Assembly: GCA_964016885.1 (NCBI GenBank)
Contig: OZ024741.1
Span: 19,468,001-19,532,000 of the forward strand
DNA: 64,000 nt
Source: Eledone cirrhosa
Lineage: Eukaryota
Direction: 5' to 3'
The notes under the pieces are model-generated. The model was given only the letters and a program-made list of their open reading frames with translations, made no database searches and had not been told where the DNA came from. Shown here piece by piece: positions 52,919 through 64,000 of the stretch; the first letter of the stretch is position 1, and every line of letters starts with the position of its first letter. Position numbers and translations under genes: made by a program.

Positions 52919-54002
52919 TTACTGTTGATTATATATTCCTGGTAACCGAGTTGTTATTGGTTCTTTCTTTCTCGTTTTATGTGAGGCTAAAAAAGTGGAC
53001 ATAGCTTTATGGAGGCAATTAGAGAATAATTCACTTTTTTTGTTAATTAAGGTCTCATAATTATTAATAATCAACAGAGTCTCCATTGTACAGAGCGGGC
53101 AGTTATTTGATATACTAGAGTTGCGGTAAATTCCACAGTTCCAAAGTTTTGTCCAAAGAATGGAGTATTCCAGATTCTTCTCTTTTAAAGACCATATGAG
53201 CTGCGATAAAGACGTGGATGATTTATTCTTAGAGTTCGAGAATGAGGATTTATGGTTCGCGAAACGAAGTTTGAATGTGGACGAGGTTGATCCGATGTAA
53301 TTGTATGTTTTATGGTCAGTTTTTACTGTGCATTTATAAACCAAATTACTATCTAAACAATTATTTTGCAAAGGGCAATTACTTTTATTTCTACAATTAC
53401 AATTTGGTTTAGTATCTTTAATGTTAACTCTATTATTATGATCATTATGTTGGTTTGGTTTTAGGATTGTGGCGTTTAATTTGGCGATGTTTTGGGCCAT
53501 GTTACTGGTTGTAGAATTTGCGAATTTAATGGTATGTCTATTAAAAATGGAATGGTATTTATGTTCAGTAGGGAAAGAGGTGTCAAGAGCTTTAAAGAAT
53601 AGTTTTTCAATTGGTGTTTTAACTGCGACCGAAGCTGGGGGTGCAAACCATATGACAGGTTTAGATCTAGTTCGTATTCTCGATTTATTTAGCGTATGCG
53701 TTTGAGTTATAGTTATTAGAGTTACTCTTATATGTGTTATTATTTTTATTATTATTATTAGGAATAATACTTGGATTGTTATTATCTATATTATTCATAT
53801 ATCCTGCTCTTTTTAAAGCGTTGTTGTAATATTCCGCATTTTGATCAAATATATCTTTATTAGCTGATATTTTATTAATACGTTTTTGCACACTATTTAC
53901 TATAGCTTTTTTTTTTACAGATCTAGGGTGATTTGAATAGTTACTAACATAGTTTAAGTTTTCATTAGGCTTATGAAAAGGGTAATAGAAGCCAGTGTTT
54001 AA
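52919..54002 (-). pseudogene. PLE (probably Hydra-clade type) RT thumb plus GIY-YIG fragment, frameshifted
   Basis: YYPFHKPNENLNYV..SNHP..KRINKIS..YYNNALKRAGY..WFAPP..CNCRNKSNCPLQNNCL..VY..YIGSTSSTFKLRFANH. AT-rich UTR extends towards ~51700. Confidence 0.88.
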
Positions 54003-54208
54003 GCACTTGCAAACACGCTCCTGGAATTGAGGGTTGTTCTATTGACTGGGCACTAAACAACCCATTTGTAACGCCTCCCTTCTATTGGGGATTTCAATTG
54101 TTAAATTTGTTTGTTGAAAATATATTTTTTATACGATTGTATCTAAAATCTCCGGCATATGCCCTGTATTGTCCCCTTTTCTTGTGCGCCCTTGTGGCAA
54201 ATAAAGAA
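54003..54208 (+). mobile_element. Tx1-type LINE 3' UTR remnant (element 1)
   Basis: Similar to 59340-59520 (GCTCCTGGA..GAGGGTTGT..GGGATTTCAATTGTTA..TTGTCCCC..AATAAAGAA); followed by (TCTA)n. Confidence 0.8.

Positions 54209-54307
<99 letters not shown>
54209..54307. repeat. (TCTA)n tract between Tx1 elements
   Basis: Directly visible. Confidence 0.97.
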
Positions 54308-55843
54308 AACAACAAGACCAATAACTGCAACAAGAAAGTAAACGACAAAATATCATTTGCGCAAACCGTAAAGAAAACGGTAAGCTACACTCCGGTAGAT
54401 ATTTCAAATGCAAATGAGCTTTTGAATAACGCCAGACAATATGTAACTTTTGGGGAGAACGGATCATTCTCCATAAACTCTGCCCCAGATTTGCGAAGAG
54501 AAGCTGCCTTGAAAACTGTGATTTTCAGGACAATCTCAAATAAAACACGAAAACCGACTCAACTTTCACAAGGCGAAATTGAGTTGGCTTTAAAAAATGC
54601 CATAAAAGACATTGCTTTTATTCAGAAGGGTAGACTCTACAGGAGTTTATCCATTCTAATGAAAGACCAATTGACGGCACATAAATATTCTGTGTCGCCA
54701 ATTGTGTCACCGCTGTTCACCTTTTTCTCCACTTACATGGGGAAAAGGATACAGAAAATAAAAATCCAAAGTATCACACCAAATATTGACATTTGGTGGG
54801 TACTATGTGGATTTTTAAACCACGAAACAGATTATATAATATCGATAGGTAAGTCCTCCGGCGACCTGTTCAGCGGAACTAGCCTTGAAATTCTGGTCCA
54901 AATGACACCAGAACGATTAGCTAGGATCCCGGAACGTGTATTGCTGGATGGGCTTATATACATAAACATTTCGGTCGAGGATAGGCGGCCCTCATGCTCG
55001 AGCAGGGGTCACCTGAGAGCTTCCTGTCGTCGGCTAACTAGCCAAAAAAAGGCACTACTGCCAACACCTGCAACACCAGCACAACAATCACCACGACCAC
55101 CACCACCACAACAACAACAACAACATAAAAAAATAGTGACAACAAAACAAACGACAAACACAGTCCCACCCAACCGCTCCCCACCTAAAACAACTCCAGA
55201 AACACCCACACACATAACAGCTCACCAAAACGCACCCCTCCCCAACAACACAGATGAGGCCTCATCATCGTCACCCAGTGACGATGAGGGAGAGCCTTTC
55301 CGACCAGTAAAAAGAAAAAAAGAAAAGACATAACACAAACAAAAATGCAACAAACACACAAACACCAACACAAGCGACGCAAACAGCACAAACAAAAACA
55401 CCCCCTCCCGAAAACAAAACACCTACTACAAAACGTAAACACACACAAGAATCACAGACAAAAGGCAACCCAACACAACAAAAATGTTACACCTACATAA
55501 ATACTAACAATAAAACTTTAACAGACACCATATATAAAAACCCTTCGGTGGAGACCGAAGGGAAAACTTTCACACGCTCTTCGGAGAATCCTAATCTTAA
55601 AATGATTAGGACCTCCATGGACACACATAAACAGTTAAAAGAAAAATTTCCTAACAACGTAGGTAACCCCTGCGTCAAACCCTACAATCGAGTCCTGTTA
55701 AAATGTTCCCCCCCATCCCACCAGACACCCCCTCCCCACCAAACATCTCTGTCCCTCCCCCCGAGACCACCACCCCACCAAACAACCCCTCCAACACCCC
55801 CATGGAAATTGTGCAGCCTGGTCCCCAGGCAGCGAAGAGGTGA
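54308..55843 (+). pseudogene. Tx1 ORF1 (gag-like), frameshifted, zinc knuckle partly deleted
   Basis: SFAQTVKK..GENGSF..RRPSCSSRGHLRASC..MEIVQP; aligns by eye with the downstream ORF1. Confidence 0.85.
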
Positions 55844-55883
55844 GTGATTTCTTTTCCACTTCTGTTAACTTTTCAGCACCAAC

Positions 55884-58800
55884 ATGGCCAATATAAGAGT
55901 TGGATGAGTGAATGTACGCGGCCTAGGGATGCCCTGGAAACAGGGCAAACTCTTAAACGACCTCAGGTCGCACAGCATGGATGTAGTAGCCATTTGCGAG
56001 TCCAGGATCCACAGCGAGCGACAACTGGCCCCCATCTTCGACGACTTTGAGATCTACGCATCTCTCTGTCAGCCGGGAGGTGGGGTGGGGTTGCCGTTTT
56101 GCTGCGGAAACACCTGGACCTCGTAACACAGACGGTACATCTGGACCCCGAGGGTCGACTGGTGGTCCTAGACGTTGACGGTAGTGAAGGTGGAGCCTTC
56201 AGGCTGGTGGCCGCATATGCCCCATCCGGGACACCGCGGCCAGACTTCTTCAAACGTCTAGAGACTTTTCTGGGAACGTCCCGCCCCCTGCTCTTAGTGG
56301 GGGATTGGAATGGAATCCTAGATGCACGTTGGGACTATGTGGGAGCATGTCCCGATAGAGGCGGGTGTAACAGCCTCAAACAGTTAATCGGCCGATTTGA
56401 CCTGGTTGATAGATAACGACTAGATTTTCCGACTGTGCCACTGTGGACGTGGAATAATCGTAGCGGAACATCTAGATCGTACCTAGATAGGGTTCTAGTT
56501 AGAAAGAAGGATAGGGACATGTTAAGCTGTCCACAAATGTTCATGGTTTCCTATTCAGATCACAAATTAGTGACCTGCTTAGTCAACCTTGACAGAACCC
56601 ATAGATAGGGACCCGGCTACTGGAAGCTGAACTTGTCGTTACCGACATGCAAAGCCTACAGTAGACGGATTAGCACTTTAGTTAAGCAGCACTTGACGGG
56701 GGCCATTGTCAACAACAGATGGTGGTACTCTCTCAAGAAGGCAGTTAGATTAGACTCGATAGGTTTTAGTAAAGAATTATTGTTAGATAGAAATAAGACC
56801 GAAAAGGAACTGGTGGATAAAGTAGAAGAGGAACTTAGGAGTGGCAACGTAGTCAGCGTGGTAGCGACGAGAACAGCCTTGGACCAGTTCTTCGACGCAA
56901 AGCATGAAGGCTGCGTTGTCAGAAGCAAAATACGTGCTCTGGGAAACGAGGGAGCCAAAGCTGTTAGCTGGGCCCGAGTGACGGTGGCAAAAAGTGGCAG
57001 CAAGTCCATGATTCGGTCTTTGAAGGACCAAGACAGACGCGTGATACGTGAGCCGAAGCAAATGTGCGCGGCCTTTCAGCGGCACTTTGCTCAACTGTTC
57101 GGGCAGGTAGGCGCGCCGGGAGGGTCTATGGGTTTTGGTTCATACCTCGACGGCCTACCGCGACTCTCGGACAGCGAGGCGAAGTTCTGCGAAAGGCCGA
57201 TTTCGGCCGCTGAGATAGGGGGCGCGCTGAGCCAATGCGGCAAACGCAAATCTCCAGGTCTCGACGGTCTACCCTACGAATTTTACGTAACAATACCAGA
57301 CTTGTTCTCCGGTCTCCTGGAAGCGATCTACTGCAACTGGCAGCAGAACGGGAGAATTCCCAGTTCTGTGACCAAGGGCGTAATCACGTTAGTCAGGAAG
57401 GACGAGAACAAGGGGAATGACATAGGCAAATTACGGCCCATAACTCTGCTCAACATAGAGTTACAGATTTTGGCCAAGGTGTTGGCAAAGAGGCTGGCGC
57501 TTGTCGTCGAAAACATGGTGGGAGAAGCGCAGACATGCGCAATCCCGACCAGGTCCATACACGACAACCTCCACCTCATGCGATACATCATAGAAAGGGT
57601 AGGGTGTAAACCCGGCTTCGGTCGGGCCCTGATCCACTTGGATCAGTCTAAGGCTTTCGATAGGGTTGACCATCGTTACCTGGATGCGGTGATCGAGGCG
57701 GCAGGCTTCGGTCTCGTATTCAGGGGCTGGATTGCTGCAATGCACAACAGCAACATCTGCTCAAGGGTCAAGGTGAACGGCTACCTATCGGAGCCGTTCC
57801 ATATCACGCGATCCATCCGACAGGGTTGCCCTCTCTCCTCCCTTCTGTACGTACTGACTCTCGAGCCACTACTGCGGAAGTTGGAGCTATTGCAGGGCAT
57901 CCCTTTGGAACCGGGACTGCGAAAAGCGGTGTCGGCCTACGCCGACGACGTGACAGTAATGGTGTCGAGCACCTCGAAAATCGGGGAGATCGGCACCTTA
58001 CTGGAGGAATACGAAAGGTTCACAGGAGCGAAGCTGAACCGGGGCAAATCCGTCGGTTTGCAACTCGGATCGTGGAGAGGCAAACCGGTGCCTTCCGGTG
58101 ACGTCGTCGGACGCTGGACGGAAGGACCGGTAAAGCTGCTCGGGGTTTGGTTTGGTCCGGACCTCCAGGTGGAGAAGAACTGGAACGAGGTGACGGCCAA
58201 ATTGTTTGCGCTCACCCATAAGTGGGCCGAGTGCAAACTATCCTTGAAAGGTCGAGCGGAGGTGGCGAACACTTTTATAGCGTCCGTCACCTACTACCGC
58301 TTGACCGTCGTGCCTTGTCCAGCCAAAACGCTCACCAAAATGGAGCGTGCGCTCTTCCAATTCCTTTGGAAGAAACGGGCTCCCTTGGTGAGAAGATCCA
58401 TCTGCTGCCAACACCCTTCAAACGGAGGGCTGGGGATGCTGTGGCTGACGATGCGCAAACACTCGCTCAGGCTGCGGCACCTCTACGTATTCCACAGCAG
58501 ACAACCGGTGAGGGCCCCCTTCGTGAGGCGAGCCTTCCCACGACTCGTCTCGCTGACCGAGCTGCAGCCCTGGGTCAAGCAAAGACCGAGGAAATTGGGC
58601 GACTGGCATATCGAATTTGCTCAGGCGCTCACAGTCCTCTGGCAAACGGACCCGGCGATCAGTGGAGACTCCACTTCGACATTCTATAGAGGGTTGGTCC
58701 GCAGCAAGTGCGACGACACGCTCGGAGAAACTCTAGGCGTAGAGGAGGACGAACTCACCAGTCTGTTCGGTAGGACCTTCCGCCCGGGACCAATGGACAA

Positions 58801-59303
58801 CTTCCAAAAGTCCCTGGCCTGGCAGTGCTACCGAGGAGCTCTACCAGTTTGAGATAAGCTCTACAGACACGGGCGCCCGAGTAGGGACGCTTCGAAAAAG
58901 ATCTGTCCGAGATGCGTGCGCGACGAGGAAACCGTCGCACACGCATTTATACACTGCCCGGGCGTTACCGACCTGTGGGGCTATGTAGAACGACTATTGT
59001 CGCGGGTGGGACCAATCCAGTTGACCACCGAGTCCATTGTCATGATCAAACCGCCACCCTCCTTCAAAAACGAGGGAGAGGCGGTTTTCCTATGTGTTAT
59101 GGCTATGGTGGACGAGGTTAAAAGGGCTGAGGTCAGACACCTTTCTCTCCGGCGAGCAACTGATTCGTTTTTTCAAATATCATTTTGGAAGAAGAATCAG
59201 GATGGAGAGAGAGGTGCTGTACCCCAGCAAATATTATAAAAGGTGGGTGAATCTGGCAAACATGGCCCGAGTGGTTGGGCCTTCTCTCTATATAAGCCTG
59301 TAG
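55884..59303 (+). pseudogene. Tx1 ORF2: AP endonuclease, reverse transcriptase, C-terminal CCHC; several stops and frameshifts
   Basis: NVRGL, GDWN, YLDR, SDH, GYWKLN, KSPGLDG, RPITLLN, LDQSKAFDRV, QGCPLS, YADD, CPRC..ETVAHAFIHC. Confidence 0.95.
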
Positions 59304-59523
59304 GTTGAGGAAAAAGAGGAAGAGAGGAAAGGAGTACTCACTCTTGGTGCTCCTGGAGATGAGGGTTGTACATTTTTTCGGGGTGTGTAACACATCGCCC
59401 CTATTTGGGATTTCAATTGTTATTTGTTATTTTATTAATAGTTTTATTTTCATATACCTGTATGTAAACTCCCCATTTGTATTTGTCCCCTTCTTTTGTT
59501 CCCTTGCGGCTAATAAAGAAACG

Positions 59524-59524
<1 letters not shown>

Positions 59525-59596
<72 letters not shown>
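59525..59596. repeat. (TCTA)n tract between Tx1 elements
   Basis: Directly visible. Confidence 0.97.
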
Positions 59597-59809
59597 GGGA
59601 TGGACACACGCGTATAACTTGCTGAGTAAGTTCTGTTTAAATTTCTATAGAAATTCTTGTCTGATAACTTTAATTTTTGTACCATTTTGTAGAGGGACTG
59701 CCAGGTCAAACTTTGATCTGGTCAGTCTCTCAAAATATTCTACGCCTTTAGGCGAAATAGTTTAAAAAAAAAAAAGTTTTTTCTTGTTGAAAAGTCAATA
59801 TTTTTTTAA

Positions 59810-61603
59810 ATGGCCGAAGCTTCTTCACCAAAATTCGAAGGAGGAAAGGGGAAGATGAACTTACAGCTTCCCCCTGCCACTGTCACAGTAGCAGAGGTCA
59901 AGAAGAAAGGTCAGCCAGAGGAAGAATTCTCTCCACCTGTTAACCGACAACTTGACGTTGCCATGGCAACAACCCAAAGAACCAGCAGCAACAGCAACAA
60001 CAACAACAATGCGACGGACGAAAACAACACCAATAACAATAACAATAACAACAACAACAAGACCAATAACGGTGACAACAACAACAATGATAACAACAAC
60101 ACCACCAACGACAACAACAACACAAACAAACAAAATTTCTCCTTCGCCGAGACGACAAGGAAAACCCTCGACTATCTGCCAGTAGATATAACAAAAGCGA
60201 AGGAGCTACTGGCGGATGCGAAAATATATATAGTGTACGGGGAAAATGGTTCTTTCACAATCCATTCCCCCCCGGAACTAAAAAGCCAGAGACTCCTAAA
60301 CACGGTCATGTTTAGGACAATCTCGAACAAAAGTAAAAAACCAGCTCAACCATCACAGAGCGAGATAGAGCTGGTTTTAAAAGACGTCATGAAGGACATC
60401 ACCTTCATTCAGAAGGATAGACTCTACGGGAGTCTATCCATTCTCATGAAGGACAGGGACACAGCAGTGAAACTGTCCATCAAACCAATCACATCCATCG
60501 CATACACCTTCTACCCTACGTACATGGGTAGAAGAACACAAAAAATAAAAATCCACACCATCCTGCCGATTATGGACATATGGTGGGTTTTGACAGGTTT
60601 TCTGGACCTGGAGGATGACATGCTGGTGTCCATGGGAAAGGCATCGGGTGACGCGTTCAGTGGAACGAGCCTCGAACTTGTAGTTCAAATGAGGCCCGAA
60701 AGGATCGCCCAGATCCCTGAACGCGTCATACTGGATGATCTAACCTTCATCAACATTACCGTTGAGGGTAGACGGCCCTCGTGTTACCTCTGCGGAACCA
60801 GAGGTCACCTGAGGGCTGTCTGTCCCCAACTTAATAAGAAAACCCCAATCCTGCCTACACCACCAACAACTGCACAACCAACACAATCACCACAACTACC
60901 ACTACAAAAACAACCACCACAGCTCAAACCAAAACAAAACAATGTCCAACCCATCCCCTCCACTCAAAAAACAAAAACAATTTCCAAAACACCCGTACCG
61001 CAAACACAACCCGAAAATATACCCCTCCCCTCCAACGCGGAAGATGACCCTAGTTCGTCGTCAGACGAGGAGGAGCACTTCCACACAATCAAAAGAAAAA
61101 AAATAAAACACACCTCAGACACACAAATGAAAAATAACCCTCCCCAAAACATAACACTGACACCAACACAAAAGAGCTCACAACAACAGCAAACAAAAAA
61201 CACCACACAAAAACAAAAACATGCATACACATACATAAATACAAGAAACAAAAAACTGTTAAACATTGTGTACAACAACAATCTAATAAAAACACAAGGG
61301 CCTAACTTCACCCAGGCAGGGGATTTCCCCCACCTCAAAATGATTAAGGCCCCACAGGACACCTATAAAACTCTAAAAAACAATTTTAAAGAGGACGTGG
61401 GTCCCCCCTGCGTCGGGCCCATTAACCGCGTCCTCCTAAAAAACTATCCCACCCCCTCCCCAAACACCCACACAACTCCAAGCTCCCCAACCACACAACA
61501 CACTGATGCCCCCACACTTCCACAAACCACCACCCCACCCAACAACCCATCCCCCACCCTAATGGAAATTGTGCAGCCCGATACCCGGGACGCAGAGAGG
61601 TAA
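59810..61603 (+). CDS. Tx1 ORF1 nucleic-acid-binding protein (597 aa)
   Basis: Intact ORF with CX2CX4HX4C knuckle CYLCGTRGHLRAVC, Asn-rich and Pro/Gln/Thr-rich linkers, KRKK NLS-like motif. Confidence 0.9.
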   Translation: MAEASSPKFEGGKGKMNLQLPPATVTVAEVKKKGQPEEEFSPPVNRQLDVAMATTQRTSSNSNNNNNATDENNTNNNNNNNNNKTNNGDNNNNDNNNTTNDNNNTNKQNFSFAETTRKTLDYLPVDITKAKELLADAKIYIVYGENGSFTIHSPPELKSQRLLNTVMFRTISNKSKKPAQPSQSEIELVLKDVMKDITFIQKDRLYGSLSILMKDRDTAVKLSIKPITSIAYTFYPTYMGRRTQKIKIHTILPIMDIWWVLTGFLDLEDDMLVSMGKASGDAFSGTSLELVVQMRPERIAQIPERVILDDLTFINITVEGRRPSCYLCGTRGHLRAVCPQLNKKTPILPTPPTTAQPTQSPQLPLQKQPPQLKPKQNNVQPIPSTQKTKTISKTPVPQTQPENIPLPSNAEDDPSSSSDEEEHFHTIKRKKIKHTSDTQMKNNPPQNITLTPTQKSSQQQQTKNTTQKQKHAYTYINTRNKKLLNIVYNNNLIKTQGPNFTQAGDFPHLKMIKAPQDTYKTLKNNFKEDVGPPCVGPINRVLLKNYPTPSPNTHTTPSSPTTQHTDAPTLPQTTTPPNNPSPTLMEIVQPDTRDAER

Positions 61604-61627
61604 GTGCCTTTTCTCTTCACCACCAAC

Positions 61628-64000
61628 ATGGCTATGCTAAGAGTAGGCTGTTTAAATGCGCGTGGCCTGGGCTCAACTTGGAAGCAAGCAATGCTTCTAA
61701 ATGACCTCAGGTCACAACGTATAGATGTGATGGTTATTTACGAGGCCCGGATCAGCAACGTGCGACAGCTGGCCCCCACCTTTGATGACTTTGAGATGCA
61801 CGCATCTGTCTGTCAGCCCGGAGGTGGGGGTGGAGTTGTCGTTCTGCTGCAAAAACATCTGGGTCTCGCAACACAGATGGTACATTTGGACCCGGAGGGT
61901 CGACTAGTGGTTCTGGACCTTGGCAGTGGTAAAGGCGGAGCGTTTAGGTTGGTAGCCGCCTACGGCCCTTTCGGGTCAATGCGGCCGGACTTCTTCCATC
62001 GTCTGGAGACTTTTCTAGGGACGTCCCGCTCCTTGCTATTAGTGGGGGACTGGAATGGTATCCTAGATGCACGCTGGGACTACGTAGGGGCCTGCCCTGA
62101 TAGAGAGGGGTGTAATAGCCTCAAAGGGTTAATCGGTCGATTTGACCTGGCCGATAGATATCGACTAGATTTTCCGACTGCGCCAACCTGGACTTGGGCA
62201 AATCGTAGCGGATCATCTAGGTCGTACCTAGATAGGTTCTTAGTTAGAATTAAGGATAAGGACTTTTTAAGTTGTCCAAAAATGCGCATGGTTGGCTATT
62301 CAGACCACAAATTAGTGACCTGCATGGTCAACCTTGACAGAACTCATAGACAGGGTCCCGGTTACTGGAAGCTCAACTTGTCCTTGCCGGCAAGTAGAGC
62401 CTACAGGAATCGGATTAGTACGTTAGTTAAGGAACGGTTGACTGGAGCGATCGTCAACAGCAGGTGGTGGGTATCTCTAAAGAGAGAGATTAGAGTAGTC
62501 TCGATAGAATTTAGTAAGGTTCTAGCTGCGGATAGGAATAGGAAGGAAAGGGAGCTAATAGATAGAGTAGAAGAGGCAATTAGAAGCGGCGACGTGGCCA
62601 GAGTGCTAGCGTCGAGAACGGCTTTGAGCCAGTTTTTCGACGCGAAGCACGAAGGCTGCGTTGTCCGAAGTAAAATACGTGCTCTAGGGAACGAGGGGAC
62701 CAAAGCTGTTAGCTGGGCCCGCGTGACAGAGGCCAACAGTGGAACTAAATCCACCATCCGGTCTTTGCGAGACCTGGATGGACGGGCGATTCTTGAGCCT
62801 AAGCAGATGTGTGAGGCCTTTCAAAGGCACTTTGCCCGACTGTTCGGGAGGGGCGGGGAGCCGGTTGGGAACGTGGACTTCGGTCCATACCTCGACGGCC
62901 TGCCGCGCCTCTCGGACAGGGAGGCGAAGTCCTGCGAGGAGCCGATTTCGGCCGCTGAGATAGAGGACGTGCTGAGCCAATGCGGCAAACGCAAATCCCC
63001 GGGTATCGATGGTCTTCCTTACGAATTATATCTAGCTATGCCGGACTTGTTCCCCGATCTCCTCGAGGCGGTCTACTGCAACTGGCAACAGAACGGGAGA
63101 ATTCCCTGTACTGTGACCAAGGGCGTAGTCACGCTAGTGAGGAAGGACGAGAACAAGGGGGACGAAATAAGTAACTTCAGGCCCATAACACTGCTAAATA
63201 CAGAGTTACAGATTTTGGCCAAGGTGCTAGCAAAGAGGTTGGCGCTTGTCGTGGGCAACCTGGTGGGAGATGCGCAGACATGCGCTATCCCGTCCAGGTC
63301 CATCCATGACAACCTCCACCTCATGCGATACATCATAGAGAGGGTTGGGAACGAACCCGGCTTTGGTGGGGCTCTGATCAACTTGGATCAATCTAAGGCG
63401 TTCGATAGGGTCGACCATGGTTACCTGGATGCGGTGCTAGCGGCGGCAGGCTTCGGACCCGTTTTCAGGGGCTGGATCACTGCTATGCACAGCAGCCGCA
63501 TCTGCTCTAGGGTCAAGGTGAACGGCTACCTCTCGGAGCCGTTCAAAATCGCGCGGTCCATCCGACAAGGGTGCCCTCTCTCCTCCCTTCTGTATGTGTT
63601 GACTCTCGAGCCACTACTGCGGAAGTTGGAGTTGTTGCAGGGCATCCCTTTGGAACCGGGATTGCGGAAAGCGGTGTCGGCCTACGCCGATGACGTGACA
63701 GTAATGGTGTCGACAGCCTCCGAAATCGAGGCGGTCGGCACCTTACTGGAGGAGTACGAAAAGTTCACAGGGGCTAAGCTGAACCGGGACAAGTCGATCG
63801 GTTTGCAACTCGGCACGTGGAGGGGCAGACCGATGCCCTCCGATGGCGTCGTCGGACGCTGGACGGAGGGCCCGGTGAAGTTGCTCGGGGTCTGGTTCGG
63901 ACCGGACCTCCAGGTGGAGAAAAACTGGGCGGAGGTTACGAACAGGGTGTTTGCACTGACCCAGAAGTGGGCCAGTTGCAAACTATCCCTGAAAGGTCGG
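61628..64000 (+). CDS. Tx1 ORF2 endonuclease/reverse transcriptase, partial (open to window end)
   Basis: ATG at 61628 (MAMLRVGCLNARGL); YADD at 63683 is in the same frame. The ORF track lists no terminated ORF in this frame, consistent with no stop. Confidence 0.9.
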   Translation, partial: MAMLRVGCLNARGLGSTWKQAMLLNDLRSQRIDVMVIYEARISNVRQLAPTFDDFEMHASVCQPGGGGGVVVLLQKHLGLATQMVHLDPEGRLVVLDLGSGKGGAFRLVAAYGPFGSMRPDFFHRLETFLGTSRSLLLVGDWNGILDARWDYVGACPDREGCNSLKGLIGRFDLADRYRLDFPTAPTWTWANRSGSSRSYLDRFLVRIKDKDFLSCPKMRMVGYSDHKLVTCMVNLDRTHRQGPGYWKLNLSLPASRAYRNRISTLVKERLTGAIVNSRWWVSLKREIRVVSIEFSKVLAADRNRKERELIDRVEEAIRSGDVARVLASRTALSQFFDAKHEGCVVRSKIRALGNEGTKAVSWARVTEANSGTKSTIRSLRDLDGRAILEPKQMCEAFQRHFARLFGRGGEPVGNVDFGPYLDGLPRLSDREAKSCEEPISAAEIEDVLSQCGKRKSPGIDGLPYELYLAMPDLFPDLLEAVYCNWQQNGRIPCTVTKGVVTLVRKDENKGDEISNFRPITLLNTELQILAKVLAKRLALVVGNLVGDAQTCAIPSRSIHDNLHLMRYIIERVGNEPGFGGALINLDQSKAFDRVDHGYLDAVLAAAGFGPVFRGWITAMHSSRICSRVKVNGYLSEPFKIARSIRQGCPLSSLLYVLTLEPLLRKLELLQGIPLEPGLRKAVSAYADDVTVMVSTASEIEAVGTLLEEYEKFTGAKLNRDKSIGLQLGTWRGRPMPSDGVVGRWTEGPVKLLGVWFGPDLQVEKNWAEVTNRVFALTQKWASCKLSLKGR

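Larger units (their letters stand above)
54308..59520 (+). mobile_element. Tx1/L1-clade LINE (element 2), 5'-truncated, mildly decayed
   Basis: ORF1 homologous to 59810-61603; ORF2 with APE, RT and CCHC; AATAAA then (TCTA)n. Confidence 0.95.
59597..64000 (+). mobile_element. Tx1/L1-clade LINE (element 3), apparently 5'-complete, runs off window
   Basis: 213-nt 5' UTR, intact ORF1, 24-nt spacer, open ORF2. Confidence 0.95.

Noticed and set aside
54098-54307. N-terminus of the 411-aa ORF
   Set aside because: Tx1 3' UTR and (TCTA)n read in frame by chance.

Overview
AT-rich, microsatellite-dense eukaryotic DNA made almost entirely of mobile-element debris. The SINE families and LINE types suggest a cephalopod such as Octopus (inference). 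No host protein-coding gene can be supported. Recognisable content: (i) at least five Penelope-like element (PLE) insertions with RT and/or GIY-YIG coding remnants, all at (TA)n tracts and often in inverted (fold-back) arrangement; (ii) a head-to-tail stack of three Tx1/L1-type LINEs at (TCTA)n tracts, the last with intact ORF1 and an ORF2 open to the window edge; (iii) decayed CRE-type and RTE LINE fragments; (iv) many tRNA-derived SINEs, three non-autonomous Helitrons, Tc1/mariner-type MITEs and several minisatellites. The most striking signal is non-coding. About 17 type I hammerhead ribozyme (HHR) motifs, intact or decayed, from roughly ten sequence families can be folded by eye. Most lie in short, ORF-less inverted-repeat cassettes between (TA)n tracts. 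They include a U3-A8 compensatory core variant, variants with a ~95-100 nt stem II, and palindromic minimal stems III that imply dimeric cleavage. All structures were read manually and none has been computed or assayed.
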